DNA of 64,000 nucleotides from an uncultured Actinomycetota bacterium (GCA_963849885.1 CAWKIV010000021.1:17064-81063), one strand, 5' to 3'; shown: positions 33,836-45,051, numbered from the stretch's first letter. The notes: a model not told the origin generated them from the letters alone. Program-made: numbers and translations.

Positions 33836-34417
33836 TCAACGGCGCACCCGATAGCGCAGGTGAAGCACCCGGTTGCCCTGAATCACCACGTCGGGATCCT
33901 CCAACAGGTGCTGTGCGTGGACCGACCCGAAGTAGCGCTTGCCGGACCCGAACACGACGGGTACGACGTCCATGCGCACCTCGTCGACCAGGCCCGCGGC
34001 AAGCATCTGGCCACCGACGTCACCAGCGGCGACCTCGACGATGCGGTCACCCGCAAGCTCTTGCGCCTTGGCCATGGCTGCCTCGACGCCGTCGACGAAG
34101 TGAAACGGCGCCTCGGGGTCCCAGCCCTCGGGCTGCGGCCGGTGCGTCACGACGACCACGTGGTCGATCCCGCTCGGAGGCTTCCCGTCCCAGCCGTCCG
34201 TCAGGTCGAAGACGTGGCGGCCGACGAGTGTCGCCCCGATCTGGTCCCAGTACGGCCGGGTGTAGTCGTAGGACGTCTGCGACACCTTCACCTCGCCGCT
34301 CTCGTCCAACGGGACGTCACCGTTGGACAACCAGTCGAACAGCGGTCCGGGCTGGTCATTCTCGTCCGCGACGAAGCCGTCCACCGACACCGAGCTGTAC
34401 ATGACCACCTTGCCCAC
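33836..34417 (-). CDS. dihydrofolate reductase family protein (RibD C-terminal domain)
   Basis: MGKVVMYSSVSVDGFVADENDQ...LVGRHVFD...IVEVAAGDVGGQMLAAGLVDEVRMDVVPVVFGSGKRYF. Confidence 0.85.
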   Translation of the reverse strand: MGKVVMYSSVSVDGFVADENDQPGPLFDWLSNGDVPLDESGEVKVSQTSYDYTRPYWDQIGATLVGRHVFDLTDGWDGKPPSGIDHVVVVTHRPQPEGWDPEAPFHFVDGVEAAMAKAQELAGDRIVEVAAGDVGGQMLAAGLVDEVRMDVVPVVFGSGKRYFGSVHAQHLLEDPDVVIQGNRVLHLRYRVRR

Positions 34418-34483
34418 GGGGCTCTCCTCTGCTTTGGGGTGCCCGCAAATTAGCGCGTCGTGAGCTGTCGCTCTTGTAAGAAA

Positions 34484-34745
34484 TCAATCGGCCGGCAGCG
34501 GCCAGCCGTCCAGCGCGTGGCCGGGATGTTCGCGCAGGAACCGCCGCCGGACTTCGACGTACCGGGTCGGCGTGAGCCCGGTGAACGCCCGGAACTCGTG
34601 GCCGAAGTGGGCCTGGTCGAAGTAGCCTGCGCCACCGGCGAGGTCGCCCCAGTCGACCGGTCCGGCGGGGTTGATCGCGAACACGGTGGCGGCGAAGCGG
34701 TAGGTGCGGGCCAGCCGCTTCGGCGTGACGCCGATGAGCTCACCA
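34484..34745 (-). pseudogene. AraC/XylS-family regulator, C-terminal HTH fragment only
   Basis: ELIGVTPKRLARTYRFAATV...GYFDQAHFGHEFRAFTGLTPTRY. There is no N-terminal sensor domain. It abuts the integrase stub. Confidence 0.65.
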
Positions 34746-34769
34746 ACCCCACCGCACACGCCGACTGCG

Positions 34770-34997
34770 GAGACAAGGCGCACGTACGCGACATGGCTCG
34801 TCTCCGACGGCATCCCGCCGAACGTGGTCCAGCGGATCATGGGGCACGAGGACGTGACGACCACGCTCGGCATCTACACGGACGTGCCGGCGGACTTCGT
34901 GCAGCGGGTCGAGGACGCGCTTGTTGTCGATCCGTTGTCGATCGAGCCGGCGGACGACCCCGAAGACGAGGAAGACCCCTCCGAGGAGGGGCCGTGA
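34770..34997 (+). pseudogene. tyrosine recombinase (phage integrase family), C-terminal stub
   Basis: RRTYATWLVSDGIPPNVVQRIMGHEDVTTTLGIYTDV (the HxxR...Y region with the catalytic Tyr). About 300 N-terminal residues are missing. It ends 15 nt from the 3' end of tRNA-Pro. Confidence 0.7.
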
Positions 34998-35011
34998 GCT
35001 GCGGTGGAGCG

Positions 35012-35088
<77 letters not shown>

Positions 35089-35137
35089 ATGGTGCCGGAC
35101 GAGTGTATCCGACCGGGCGGGGTGGTTTCGCAGCCGG

Positions 35138-36034
35138 TCAGGGCTGGCGGGGGACCAGGGTGAGCAGGGTCGCCTCGGGCGGGCAGGCGAAGCGGACCGG
35201 CGCGTACGGCGAGGTGCCGAGGCCGGCGGAGACGTGCAGCCAGGTGAAGTCGTCCCAGTGGTGCAGCCAGCGGGCCCGGTGGCGGTCGATGCCGCAGTTG
35301 GTGACCAGCGCGCCGTAGAACGGGACGCGGAGCTGGCCGCCGTGGGTGTGGCCGGCGAGGACCAGGTCGTAGCCGTCGGCGGCGAAGCACTCCAGCACGC
35401 GGGGCTCGGGGGAGTGGGTGAGGCCCAGCCGGAGGTCCGCGGTGGGGTCGGTCGGGCCGGCGACCTGCTGGTAGCTGTCCCGGCCGAGGTGCGGGTCGTC
35501 GGTGCCGGCCAGCGCGATGGTGCGGTCGCCGGTCTTGACCGTGGCGCGGCGGTGGGTGGCGTCCACCCAGCCGGCCCGGGACAGCTCGGCGGCCAGCTCC
35601 GGCCACGGCAGCGGGTCACCGAAGACCCGGGTCTTCTCCGGCACGAAGTAGCGCAGCGGATTCTTGAAGCGGGGCGCGTAGTAGTCGTTGTTGCCCGGCA
35701 CGAAGGCGCCCGGGCGGCTCAGCAGCGGCTCCAGCGCGTCCAGCACCGGGCCGACGGTGTCGGCGCCGGCGAGGAAGTCGCCGGTGACGGCCACGAAGTC
35801 CGGCTCCAGCCGGTCCAGGTCGCGGATCCACTGTCGCTTGCGCCGCTGCTGGGCGGTCAGGTGCAGGTCGGACAGGTGCAGCACGGTCAGCGGTGGCGCT
35901 TCGGGCGCGAGCACCGGGACGTCGAAGCGGCGGAGGCGGAAGACGTTGCGCTCGACGAGCCCCGCGTACGCCAGCGTGGCCGCGCCGGCGGTGACGAAAC
36001 CGGCGACAGGCGCGACGATCGACCGGGTCTGCAC
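35138..36034 (-). CDS. metallophosphoesterase
   Basis: LHLSDLHL, VTGDF, GNNDYY and AGHTHGGQ motifs. Confidence 0.9.
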   Translation of the reverse strand: MQTRSIVAPVAGFVTAGAATLAYAGLVERNVFRLRRFDVPVLAPEAPPLTVLHLSDLHLTAQQRRKRQWIRDLDRLEPDFVAVTGDFLAGADTVGPVLDALEPLLSRPGAFVPGNNDYYAPRFKNPLRYFVPEKTRVFGDPLPWPELAAELSRAGWVDATHRRATVKTGDRTIALAGTDDPHLGRDSYQQVAGPTDPTADLRLGLTHSPEPRVLECFAADGYDLVLAGHTHGGQLRVPFYGALVTNCGIDRHRARWLHHWDDFTWLHVSAGLGTSPYAPVRFACPPEATLLTLVPRQP

Positions 36035-36140
36035 ACCGTCACCCTAGGCCGTGTCTGCCGTCGTCGGTGGATGCGGGCGTCCGACCAGCGCCGCTGGATG
36101 ACGGCGACACGGCCTCACCGCACGGGGGTAGGTTTCCGGC

Positions 36141-36596
36141 GTGAGCGAGCTCAAGGACCGCCTGCAGGGAGACCTGACCGGGGCCATTCGCGCCCGGGAC
36201 GAGGTCACGACCGCGACGCTGCGGATGGCGCTGGCCGCGATCTCCACCGAGGAGGTGGCCGGGACCAGCGCGCGCGAGCTGTCCGACGACGAGGTGCTCA
36301 AGGTGCTGGCCCGGGAGGCGAAGAAGCGGCGGGAGGCGGCGGAGGCGTTCGGCTCGGCGGACCGGCCCGAGCTGGCCGAGCGGGAGCGGGCGGAAGGTGC
36401 GGTGCTGGACCGCTACCTGCCGACGCAGCTGTCCGACGAGGAGGTCGCCGAGCTGGTCCGGGCCGCGATCGCGGAGACCGGCGCGACCGGGCTGCCGCAG
36501 ATGGGCGCGGTGATGAAGGCGGCGCAGGCGCGGGCGGCCGGGCGGGCCGACGGGCGGCGGTTGTCCACCGAGGTGCGCACGCAGCTCGCCGGCTGA
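36141..36596 (+). CDS. GatB/YqeY domain-containing protein
   Basis: MSELKDRLQGDLTGAIRARDEVTTATLRMALAAISTEEV...LSDDEVLKVLAREAKKRREAAEAF. Confidence 0.9.
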   Translation: MSELKDRLQGDLTGAIRARDEVTTATLRMALAAISTEEVAGTSARELSDDEVLKVLAREAKKRREAAEAFGSADRPELAERERAEGAVLDRYLPTQLSDEEVAELVRAAIAETGATGLPQMGAVMKAAQARAAGRADGRRLSTEVRTQLAG

Positions 36597-36737
36597 GTCC
36601 GGGCGCCGGCGAAGCGACCCCGCCGGCGGAGCCACGGCCGGCGGAGGCTCGCCGGCTGAGGCGCCGCCGGCTGAGGCGCCGCCAGCGAGGACCGCCGCAG
36701 GCGGAAGCCGCCCGCCGCGCCGACGTGAGCAGGCGAA

Positions 36738-36767
36738 GGGGCCGCGATCCGAGTGGATCGCGGCCCC
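36738..36767. terminator. 13-bp perfect hairpin between convergent yqeY-like and ponA genes
   Basis: GGGGCCGCGATCC-gagt-GGATCGCGGCCCC. Confidence 0.65.
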
Positions 36768-36780
36768 TCGGCGACTCTGG

Positions 36781-39197
36781 CTACCCGCCGGGTCCGGGAA
36801 TGGGGATCGGGAGCCCGCCGCCCCGCGCCCGCCCCGGCCGGGTCGGCCGGGCGGGTTGGGTTGGCCGGGCTGGCCCGCCGGCTGCTTGCCGCTGCTCAGG
36901 AAGAGCGTCACGGTCATGCCGCGGGCGCCCCGCCCGCTCGGCGACTGCTCGGCGACCGCGTTGGCCGGCGCGGTGCTGTCCCGGCGCTCGTCCGACACCT
37001 TGACCTGGAAGCCGCTGGCCTGCAGCAGCGCGCTCGCGGCCCCGACGTCGAGCCCGCGCACGTCCGGCACCGGCACGCTGTCACCGTTGACGACCTCGGG
37101 GTCCTCCGGCGGGATGCTCCAGGTGCGCTCGCGCAGGATCGGCTCCAGCGCGTTGCGCCAGATCGCGGCCGAGTAGGCACCGAAGACGTCCCGGTTTTCC
37201 CGGTCCGGCACGTCGGTCAGCTGCGCGGAGGTCTCCTTCTGGTTGAAGACCGCGACCGAGGCGGAGAACTCCGGGGTGTAGCCGATGAACCAGGCGGCGG
37301 CGTTGTTCTGGGTGGTGCCGGTCTTGCCGGCGATCGGCCGGGAGCCGCCGGCGAGGCCGCTGAAGGCCGCCGTCGCGGTGCCGCCGCTGACCGTGGTGTC
37401 CTTCTCCAGCACCCGGGTCACGGTGTCGGCGATGCCCTTGCTGATCCGCCGCTGGCACTTCGGCCGGTCGTACTTCACTTCCTTGCCGTCCGGCCCGACG
37501 ATCCTGACGATCGGGTTGGGCGGGCAGTAGACGCCGCTGTTGGCCAGCGTGCCGTACGCCGAGGCCATCTCCAGCGGGCTGGTCGAGATCGGCCCGAGGG
37601 TGAACGCGGCCTGCTTGCCGTCGATGACGTTCTGCTTGATGCTCTGGCCGCGCTCGCCGGGGTCGTTGAGGTGGTCGAGGCCCAGCGCCACCGCCGCCTT
37701 GACCGGGCCGCTGAGGTCGCAGTTGAACCGCTGGTCGATCAGCGCCACGAAGAACGTGTTGATCGACGCGTACGTCGCGTCCTCGAGGTTCCAGGCGCCG
37801 GTCCGGTAGCCGTCACCGGCGTTGCCCATCACGTACGGCCCGGTGCCCGGACCGGCCTTGGTGCAGTTTTGCGAGGTGTACTGGTTTTGCACGTCGATGG
37901 TGAAGTCGCGCAGCGGCACCTTGTTTTGCAGAGCGGAGACCAGCGTGAAGACCTTGTACGTCGAGCCCGCACCGGCGGCCGGCTTGATGTTGACCGGGTC
38001 CGAGGTCTCGTTGCGGTTTTTCTGGTTGACGCCGTACTTCTTGCTGACGCCGAGGGCGAGCACCCGGCCGTCGCGGGGGTCGACCACGTCCATCACGGCG
38101 ATGGAATTCTTGTTCTTCCAGCGCTCGAACGGGACCGCCTTCTGCACATTGTTCTGCACCGTCGGGCTGAGGGTGGTGTAGATCTTGTAGCCGCCGGTCT
38201 CCAGCCGCTCCTGCGGGAAGCCGATGCCCTTGAGGTAGGTCTTCACGTAGTCGCAGAAGAAGCCGGCGTTGCGCAGGTTGGCCGTCGTGTTGGCGCAGTC
38301 CTTGAGGCTGGACTTGGCCTTCGGGTGCACCTTGACCGGCGAGGCCTTCGCCTGCGCGGCCTGCTTGGCCGTGATGTAGCCCAGGCTCTGCATGTCGTTG
38401 AGCACGGTGTCGCGACGCGCCTTCGCCGCCTTGTTGGCGCGGTACGGGTCGTACCGCGTCGGGCTCTGCACCAGGCCGGCCAGCAGCGCCGCCTCCGCCA
38501 GGGTGAGCTTGTCCGCGTTCTTGTTGAAGTAGGTCTTCGCCGCGGTCTGCACCCCGTACGCGCCGGAGCCGAAGTAGGTGATGTTGAGGTAGGCGCCGAG
38601 GATCTGGTCCTTGCTCCACTTGTTTTCCAGCTCGAGGGCGCAGCGCGCCTCGATCAGCTTGCGGGCCGGGCTCACCTCGACGGCCTCGCGCTGCTCGGAG
38701 TCGGTCTTCGCCGAGTAGAGCCGGACGTTCTTCACGTACTGCATCGTCAGGGTGGAGCCGCCCTGCACGACCTCGCCGGACTGGCTGTTTTTCACGACCG
38801 CGCGGGCGAGCGCCTCGGGGTCCACGCCGTGGTGCTCCAGGAAGCGGCGGTCCTCGATGGCGATGATCGCCCGGCGCATCACCAGCGGGATCTGCTTGAT
38901 CGGGATGATCTGCCGATTCTGCGAGTAGAACTTCGCGATCTGGCCGCCGCCCCCGGCGAGCATGACCGAGGCCTGCGCCGGCGTGCCCGGGTCCACGTCG
39001 CAGGGCTGGTCGTCGAAGGCCTGCACGCTGTTGCGGGCGACCAGGCCGAGCCCACCGGTGAACGGCAGGAGCACCGCGGCGACCAGGACCCCGGCCACGG
39101 CGACTGCGGCGATGAGCTGTGCGACACCCAGGAACTTGCGTCGGACGGAGCCAGCCATGCGGTGCAGGGTACGGGGAGATCGTGACAGATTCGTCAT
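36781..39197 (-). CDS. ponA: class A penicillin-binding protein (transglycosylase/transpeptidase with a C-terminal PASTA domain). The 3' Gly/Pro tail is apparently frame-shifted.
   Basis: GT51 motifs AIIAIEDRRFLEHHGVD and GGSTLTMQYVKN. Transpeptidase motif GSTYK, then PASTA (VPDVRGLDVGAASALLQASGFQVKV). The track ORF runs on to 36039, antisense through yqeY. A TAG at 36781-36783 in another frame sits 13 nt before the hairpin. Confidence 0.88.
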
Positions 39198-39394
39198 CCA
39201 GGGCCGGCGCAGCGAGCGACTACTCCGATCGGGCTAAGGCGGAGTAACCCCGATCCGTAGTTGAACGGTCGCGGGGCTTAGTCAGACCGGGCCACTCCCA
39301 ATGATCCGATCGGGGTCTGTCGGACGCGGTGTCCACTTTTCTACTGTGTGTCGCGGCGTTCTGGTGGGGGGCGCTGGACCTAGGGGACGAGCGA

Positions 39395-39694
39395 ATGATC
39401 GCTGAGTGGGCAGTGGACTGGTCGAAGAACGCGCGTTGCCGGGCGAGTGATCCGGACGAGCTCTTCGTGCAGGGGGCCGCGCAGAACCGAGCTAAGGCCG
39501 TGTGTATGGGCTGTCCTGTGCGGACGGAGTGCCTGGCCGATGCGCTGGACAACCGGGTGGAGTTCGGGGTGTGGGGCGGCATGACGGAGCGGGAGCGGCG
39601 CGCGCTGCTCAAGCGCCGCCCCGACGTGGCGTCCTGGCGGACGCTGCTGGAGACCGCGCGCCGGGAGCACGTACAGCTGCAGGCCGCCGGCTGA
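39395..39694 (+). CDS. whiB4: WhiB-family redox-sensing regulator, WhiB4/WblA type
   Basis: CRASDPDELFVQGAAQNRAKAVCMGCPVRTECLADALDNRVEFGVWGGMTERERRALLKRRPDVASW closely resembles the WhiB4 core as I recall it. It is divergent from ponA, as whiB4 is from ponA2 in M. tuberculosis. Confidence 0.88.
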   Translation: MIAEWAVDWSKNARCRASDPDELFVQGAAQNRAKAVCMGCPVRTECLADALDNRVEFGVWGGMTERERRALLKRRPDVASWRTLLETARREHVQLQAAG

Positions 39695-39764
39695 GCCGCG
39701 GCCGGGGCGCCCCGTGCCGGGGGGTGGGGGGACGCTCCGTCCGCGCAGTCGCGCGGTTCGTTAG

Positions 39765-39800
39765 CCCGGGTGCGGCCGGCACCAGCCGGCCGCACCCGGG
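39765..39800. terminator. 15-16-bp perfect hairpin between convergent whiB4 and ArsA-like ATPase genes
   Basis: CCCGGGTGCGGCCGG-caccag-CCGGCCGCACCCGGG. Confidence 0.65.
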
Positions 39801-39818
39801 CGACCCAACATCCGGGCC

Positions 39819-40961
39819 TCAGTCCGACCCGGCCAGCCGGGCGCCGACCTGACGGAGCCCGTCCAGGTCGTGCACGTCGCCGGCCAGCGCGGGCACCTCG
39901 ACCAGCGGCACCTCCGGGTGGGCGCTGGTGAAGCGGTCCCGCATGCGGCGGTCGCGCACCGCCAGGTGGGCGCGGGCCGCGTGCACCCGGAGCACCGCCT
40001 CGGTGAGCTCGTGGTCGCCGCTCTCGGCCAGCGCGTCCGCCGCGACCTCGGCCCGCTCGGCGGACAGCCGCGGCGCGGCGTTGGTCCGGACGCGGTTGAG
40101 CACGAGCCCGGCCAGCGGCATGCCCTCGGCGGACAACCGATCCACGAAGTAGGACGCCTCCCGCAGCGCGTCCGGCTCCGGCGCGGCGACCACCACGAAG
40201 GCGGTGCCCGGCGTCTTCAGCAGCTCGTACGTCTTCTGCGCACGCTCCCGGAAGCCGCCGAACATGGTCTCCAGCGCGCCCACGAAGGCGGACAGGTCGC
40301 GCAGCACCTCGGTGCCGATGATCCGGGTGAGCACCTTGGTGAAGAGCGAGAAGGACGCGCTCACCACCTTGAGGTAGGCCCGGCCGCCGGCCCGGGCCGG
40401 GGCCAGCAGCAGCCGCAGCATCCGGCCGTCCAGGAACCGGCCCAGCCGCTGCGGCGCGTCCAGGAAGTCCAATGCGGACCGCGACGGCGGGGTGTCGACG
40501 ACGATCAGCTCCCACTCGTCCAGCGCGCGCAGCTGGCCGAGCTTCTCCATCGCCATGTACTCCTGGGTGCCGGCGAAGGAGGACGACAGGGACTGGTAGA
40601 ACGGGTTCGCGAAGATCTGCTCGGCCCGCTCGGGCGGCGAGTGCGCGGACACGATCTCGTCGAAGGTCCGCTTCATGTCCAGCATCATCGCGTGCAGCTC
40701 GCCACCCTTGGCAGTGTCCACTCCGGACACCTCGCGCGGGGTGTTGTCCAACTCGGACAGTCCCATGGACTGGGCCAGCCGGCGGGCCGGGTCGATGGTG
40801 AGCACGACCACCTTGCGGCCGCGCTCGGCGGCGCGCAGCGCCACGGCGGCCGCGGTGGTGGTCTTGCCGACCCCGCCGCTGCCGCAGCAGACGACGACCC
40901 GGGTGGCCGGGTCCAGCGCCACCGCGTCCAGGTCCAGCGCGGGCGCCTTCCGGGCGGTCAC
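39819..40961 (-). CDS. ArsA-family (anion-transporting/Get3-like) ATPase
   Basis: P-loop [18 protein letters not shown] and [14 protein letters not shown]. Its GTG start overlaps the stop of the upstream paralogue (GTGA). Confidence 0.88.
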   Translation of the reverse strand: MTARKAPALDLDAVALDPATRVVVCCGSGGVGKTTTAAAVALRAAERGRKVVVLTIDPARRLAQSMGLSELDNTPREVSGVDTAKGGELHAMMLDMKRTFDEIVSAHSPPERAEQIFANPFYQSLSSSFAGTQEYMAMEKLGQLRALDEWELIVVDTPPSRSALDFLDAPQRLGRFLDGRMLRLLLAPARAGGRAYLKVVSASFSLFTKVLTRIIGTEVLRDLSAFVGALETMFGGFRERAQKTYELLKTPGTAFVVVAAPEPDALREASYFVDRLSAEGMPLAGLVLNRVRTNAAPRLSAERAEVAADALAESGDHELTEAVLRVHAARAHLAVRDRRMRDRFTSAHPEVPLVEVPALAGDVHDLDGLRQVGARLAGSD

Positions 40962-41941
40962 GGGGCCCCGATCCCGGCGTCGCGCAGCCGCTCCGCCAGC
41001 TCGTACAGGCCGCCGAGGTCGACGGTGTCGGCCAGGAAGGGCAGCTCGTACGTCGGCAGGCCGAGGCCGGCGACGGTGGCCCGGTTGCGGTCCTCCAGCG
41101 CCCACCGCTCGGCGTGCTCGACCGCCTCCCCGGCCAGCGTCGCGGCCAGCTTGCGGTCCAGGCCGGCGGCGGCCAGCCCGGCGCCGAGCTCGGTGCGGTC
41201 GATCCGGCCGGCCGCGGCCGCGGCCAGCGCCGGCTCGGGCAGCAGCGGCGGGCGGGTCATGTTCACGATCACCGCGCCGACCGGCAGCTGGCTCGACCGC
41301 AGCTCGGCGACCGCGTCGACCGTCTCCTGCACCGGCATCTCCTCCAGCAGGGTGACCACGTGCACCGCGGTCTGCCGGGACCGCAGCACCGCCATCACCC
41401 CGTCGCTCTGCGACTTGATCGGGCCGACCCGGGCCAGCCCGGCGACCTCCGCGGTGACGTTGAGGAAGCGGGTGATCCGGCCGGTCGGCGGCGCGTCCAG
41501 GACCACCGCGTCGTACACCCGGCGGCCCTTCTCGGTCCGCGTCACCGCCTCCTTGACCTTGCCGGTGAGCAGCACGTCCCGCATGCCCGGCGCGATCGTG
41601 GTGGCGAAGTCGATCGCGCCGACCTTGTTGAGCGCGCGACCGGCCCGGCGCAGGTTGTAGAAGAGCTCCAGGTATTCGAGCAGGGCCTCCTCGACGTCGA
41701 CGGCCAGCGCGCGCACCTCGCCGCCGCCGGCGGCCACGGCGATCCTTCGCTCCTGGTACGGCAGCGGGGGCGTGTCGAACAGCTGCGCGATGCCCTGCCG
41801 GCCCTCCACCTCGATGAGCAGGGTGCGCCGGCCGCCGGCGGCCAGGGCCAGGGCCAGCGCGGCCGCCACCGTCGTCTTGCCGGTGCCACCCTTGCCGGTC
41901 ACCACGTGCAGCCGGGCTTCCGGCCAGGGACTCGCGTTCAC
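40958..41941 (-). CDS. ArsA-family ATPase (paralogue of the downstream gene)
   Basis: P-loop [18 protein letters not shown] and [12 protein letters not shown]. Confidence 0.88.
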   Translation of the reverse strand: MNASPWPEARLHVVTGKGGTGKTTVAAALALALAAGGRRTLLIEVEGRQGIAQLFDTPPLPYQERRIAVAAGGGEVRALAVDVEEALLEYLELFYNLRRAGRALNKVGAIDFATTIAPGMRDVLLTGKVKEAVTRTEKGRRVYDAVVLDAPPTGRITRFLNVTAEVAGLARVGPIKSQSDGVMAVLRSRQTAVHVVTLLEEMPVQETVDAVAELRSSQLPVGAVIVNMTRPPLLPEPALAAAAAGRIDRTELGAGLAAAGLDRKLAATLAGEAVEHAERWALEDRNRATVAGLGLPTYELPFLADTVDLGGLYELAERLRDAGIGAP

Positions 41942-42179
41942 TTCACCCAGGGTAGGTGGCCATCACCGAGCCTGCGCGTCCAGCTGGCCGGCACGACGCG
42001 GTCCGCCGCACGGCGCCCGCGCCTGACCAAGCTACTAACCCGATTAGTAGTTAGTAGCCGGCCAGGCCGCGCAGCCGTGCGGCGAGGTCGTCGGGCACCG
42101 CGAAGACGAAGGTGCTGCCGCGCCCCCGTGCGGAGAGCGTGGGCCAGCAGTATTTCTGGCGGCCGGTACGGTTCGCGGT

Positions 42180-42335
42180 ATGCAGAAGTGGGAGTACGCG
42201 ACCGTGCCGCTGCTGGTGCACGCCACGAAGCAGATCCTCGACACCTGGGGCCAGGACGGCTGGGAGCTGGTCGCGGTGATCCCGGGGCCGAACCCGGAGC
42301 AGCTCGTCGCCTACCTCAAGCGGCCACTGTCGTGA
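42180..42335 (+). CDS. DUF4177 domain-containing small protein (51 aa; below the ORF-track length cutoff)
   Basis: My own translation: MQKWEYATVPLLVHATKQILDTWGQDGWELVAVIPGPNPEQLVAYLKRPLS, with the TGA at 42333-42335. Confidence 0.75.
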   Translation: MQKWEYATVPLLVHATKQILDTWGQDGWELVAVIPGPNPEQLVAYLKRPLS

Positions 42336-42363
42336 GCTCGCGTACCGCACCGGAGGGATCAGC

Positions 42364-42807
42364 ATGAGCGCCACCGCCCGCCTGGCCGAGCTGGGCATCA
42401 CGCTGCCGCCGGTGGCGACGCCGGTGGCGTCGTACGTGCCGGCGGTCCGCACCGGCAACCTCGTCTACACCTCCGGCCAGGTGCCGCTCGACGCCCCGAA
42501 GGGCAAGGTCGGCGCCGACGTGTCGGCCGAGGACGCGACGGCGGCGGCCCGGGCGTGCGCGCTGCAGGCGCTGGCCGCGGTCGACGGGCTGGTCGGGCTC
42601 GACTCGATCGCCCGCATCGTCAAGGTGGTCGGCTTCGTGGCCAGCGCGCCCGGCTTCACCGGCCAGCCCGGCGTCATCAACGGGGCGAGCGACCTGCTCG
42701 GCGAGGTGTTCGGCGAGGCCGGGGCGCACGCGCGGTCCGCGGTCGGCGTGGCCGAGCTGCCCCTCGGGGTGCCGGTCGAGGTGGAGCTCATCGTCGAGGT
42801 GCGGTGA
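42364..42807 (+). CDS. RidA/YjgF family protein
   Basis: SYVPAVRTGNLVYTSGQVP...ARSAVGVAELPLGVPVEVELIV. Confidence 0.88.
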   Translation: MSATARLAELGITLPPVATPVASYVPAVRTGNLVYTSGQVPLDAPKGKVGADVSAEDATAAARACALQALAAVDGLVGLDSIARIVKVVGFVASAPGFTGQPGVINGASDLLGEVFGEAGAHARSAVGVAELPLGVPVEVELIVEVR

Positions 42808-43616
42808 GCGCGCCGGAGGGCCGGCCGGCTCCGACCGGCGTCCCGGTCCGGGACGCCGCGACCGTCGTGCTGCTGCGGGACGGCTCGGACGGGCCGGAGG
42901 TCTACCTGCTCCGCCGCGTCCGCGGGATGGCCTTCGCCGCCGGCATGACCGTCTTCCCCGGCGGTGCGGTCGACCCCCGGGACGCCGAGGCCGACATCGG
43001 CTGGGTCGGACCGCCGCCGGCGGCCTGGACGGCGCCGTTCGCGGCCGACGAGGCGCTGGCCCGGGCGCTGCTGTGCGCGGCCGTCCGGGAGACCTTCGAG
43101 GAGTCCGGCGTGCTGCTGGCCGGGCCGTCGCCGGACGTGATCTGCGAGACCAGCGGCCCGGAGTGGGAGGCCGACCGGGTCGGGCTGGAACGCCGCGACT
43201 TCTCCCTGGCCGGGCTCCTGGCCCGGCGCGGGCTGCTGCTGCGGGCGGACCTGCTGCGGCCGTGGGCGCACTGGATCACCCCGGCGGAGGAGGGCATGCG
43301 CCGCCGGTACGACACCCGCTTCTTCGTCGCCGCGCTGCCGCCGGGCCAGCGGACCGGGGCGGTCACCTCGGAGGCCGACATCGTGCAGTGGGCCCGGCCG
43401 GAGGAGGCGCTGGCCGAGTGGCGCCGCGGTGAGCGGCCGATGATGCCGCCGACGATCGTGACGCTGGAGGAGATCGCCGAGCACGCGTCCGTCGCCGACG
43501 TGCTGGCCGCCGACCGGAGCCCGGCCCGGATCGAGCCGGCCGTCGCGCTGGTCGACGGCGCGCCCGTGGTGACCCTGCCGAGCGGGCGGGTCCTCCGGCT
43601 CGGGCCGCTGCGGTGA
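42804..43616 (+). CDS. NUDIX hydrolase
   Basis: Nudix-box-like segment FPGGAVDP...AAVRETFEESGVLL. Its GTG overlaps the ridA stop (GTGA). Confidence 0.82.
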   Translation: MSAPEGRPAPTGVPVRDAATVVLLRDGSDGPEVYLLRRVRGMAFAAGMTVFPGGAVDPRDAEADIGWVGPPPAAWTAPFAADEALARALLCAAVRETFEESGVLLAGPSPDVICETSGPEWEADRVGLERRDFSLAGLLARRGLLLRADLLRPWAHWITPAEEGMRRRYDTRFFVAALPPGQRTGAVTSEADIVQWARPEEALAEWRRGERPMMPPTIVTLEEIAEHASVADVLAADRSPARIEPAVALVDGAPVVTLPSGRVLRLGPLR

Positions 43617-44380
43617 CCCACCCGGCGTACGGGGAGCTGCGGCCGGTGACGCCGTACGCGACCGTCCTGCTGGCCGGCAACCCGAGCCCGATGACGCTGG
43701 ACGGGACCAACACCTGGCTGTTGCGCGCCGCCGGCGAGGAGGCCTGCCTGGTGGTCGACCCCGGGCCGGACGACCCGGCGCACCTGGACGCGGTGGCCGC
43801 CGCCGGGCCGGTCGCCGAGATCCTGCTCACCCACGGCCACTCGGACCACGCCGCCGGCGCGGCGGCGCTGCGGGAGCGCACCGGGGCGCCGGTCCGTGCG
43901 CTCGACCCCGCCCACCGGCTCGGCGGCGAGGGGCTGGCCGAGGGCGACGTGGTGGCCGCGGCCGGCGTCGAGGTGCGGGTGCTGGGCACGCCCGGGCACA
44001 CCGCCGACTCGCTCTGCTTCGCGGTCGGCGACGCGGTGCTGACCGGGGACACCGTGCTCGGCCGCGGCACCACCGTGGTGGCGCACCCGGACGGGCGGCT
44101 GGCCGACTACCTGGACTCGCTGCGGCGGCTGCGCGATCTCGGCGCCCGCACCGTGCTGCCCGGGCACGGGCCGGAGCTGCCCGACCTGGGCGCGGTGGCG
44201 GCGTACTACCTGCGCCACCGCGAGGAGCGGCTGGAGCAGGTCCGGGCCGCGCTGGACACGCTCGGCCCGGACGCCACCCCGGCGCAGGTCGTCGAGGTCG
44301 TGTACGCGGACGTGGACCGCGCGCTCTGGACCGCGGCCGAGTGGTCCGTGCGCGCCCAGCTGGACTACCTGCGCGGCTAA
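43613..44380 (+). CDS. MBL-fold metallo-hydrolase
   Basis: [13 protein letters not shown] (HxHxDH motif) and GTPGHTADS. Its GTG overlaps the upstream stop. Confidence 0.88.
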   Translation: MTHPAYGELRPVTPYATVLLAGNPSPMTLDGTNTWLLRAAGEEACLVVDPGPDDPAHLDAVAAAGPVAEILLTHGHSDHAAGAAALRERTGAPVRALDPAHRLGGEGLAEGDVVAAAGVEVRVLGTPGHTADSLCFAVGDAVLTGDTVLGRGTTVVAHPDGRLADYLDSLRRLRDLGARTVLPGHGPELPDLGAVAAYYLRHREERLEQVRAALDTLGPDATPAQVVEVVYADVDRALWTAAEWSVRAQLDYLRG

Positions 44381-45051
44381 CGGGCGCGGCGGACCAGGCG
44401 CTCGCGGTCGAGGATCACCACGGTCTTGCCCTCCAGCCGCACCCAGCCGCGGTGGGCGAAGTCGGCGAGGGCCTTGTTGACCGTCTCCCGGGAGGCGCCG
44501 ACCAGCTGGGCCAGCTCCTCCTGGGTGAGGTCGTGGGTGACCCGGAGCTGACCGTTTTCCATCGTGCCGAAGCGCTGGGACAGCTGCAGCAGCTGCTTGG
44601 CCACCCGGCCGGGCACGTCGGTGAAGATGAGGTCGCCGAGCATCGCGTTGGTCCGGCGCAGCCGGCGGGCCACCACCCGCAGCAGCTGCTCGGCGATCTG
44701 CGGCCGCTCGGTGATCCACTTGCGCAGCGCCTGCTTGGACATCCGGGCCAGCCGGGCGTCGGTGACCGCCACCGCGGTGGAGGTCCGCGGCCCGGGGTCG
44801 AACAGCGACAGCTCGCCGAACTGGTCGGACGGACCCATCACGGCGACCAGGTTTTCCCGGCCGTCGGCGGTGCGCCGGCCCAGCTTGATCTTGCCGGCGA
44901 GCACGATGTAGAGGCTGTCGCCCGGCTCGCCCTCGTGGAAGACCACGGCACCGCGCGGCACGTCGAGGAAGTCGAACTGGCCGGCGATGACCTCCGCGTC
45001 CTCCGCCGGCACGCCCTGGAACAAGCCGGCCTTGGCCAACACCTCATCCAT
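44377..45051 (-). CDS. crp: Crp/Fnr family cAMP-responsive transcriptional regulator
   Basis: cNMP-binding domain ([28 protein letters not shown]) and C-terminal HTH ([17 protein letters not shown]). The second ATG (45051) is preferred because AGGAGG lies 6 nt upstream of it. Confidence 0.93.
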   Translation of the reverse strand: MDEVLAKAGLFQGVPAEDAEVIAGQFDFLDVPRGAVVFHEGEPGDSLYIVLAGKIKLGRRTADGRENLVAVMGPSDQFGELSLFDPGPRTSTAVAVTDARLARMSKQALRKWITERPQIAEQLLRVVARRLRRTNAMLGDLIFTDVPGRVAKQLLQLSQRFGTMENGQLRVTHDLTQEELAQLVGASRETVNKALADFAHRGWVRLEGKTVVILDRERLVRRAR

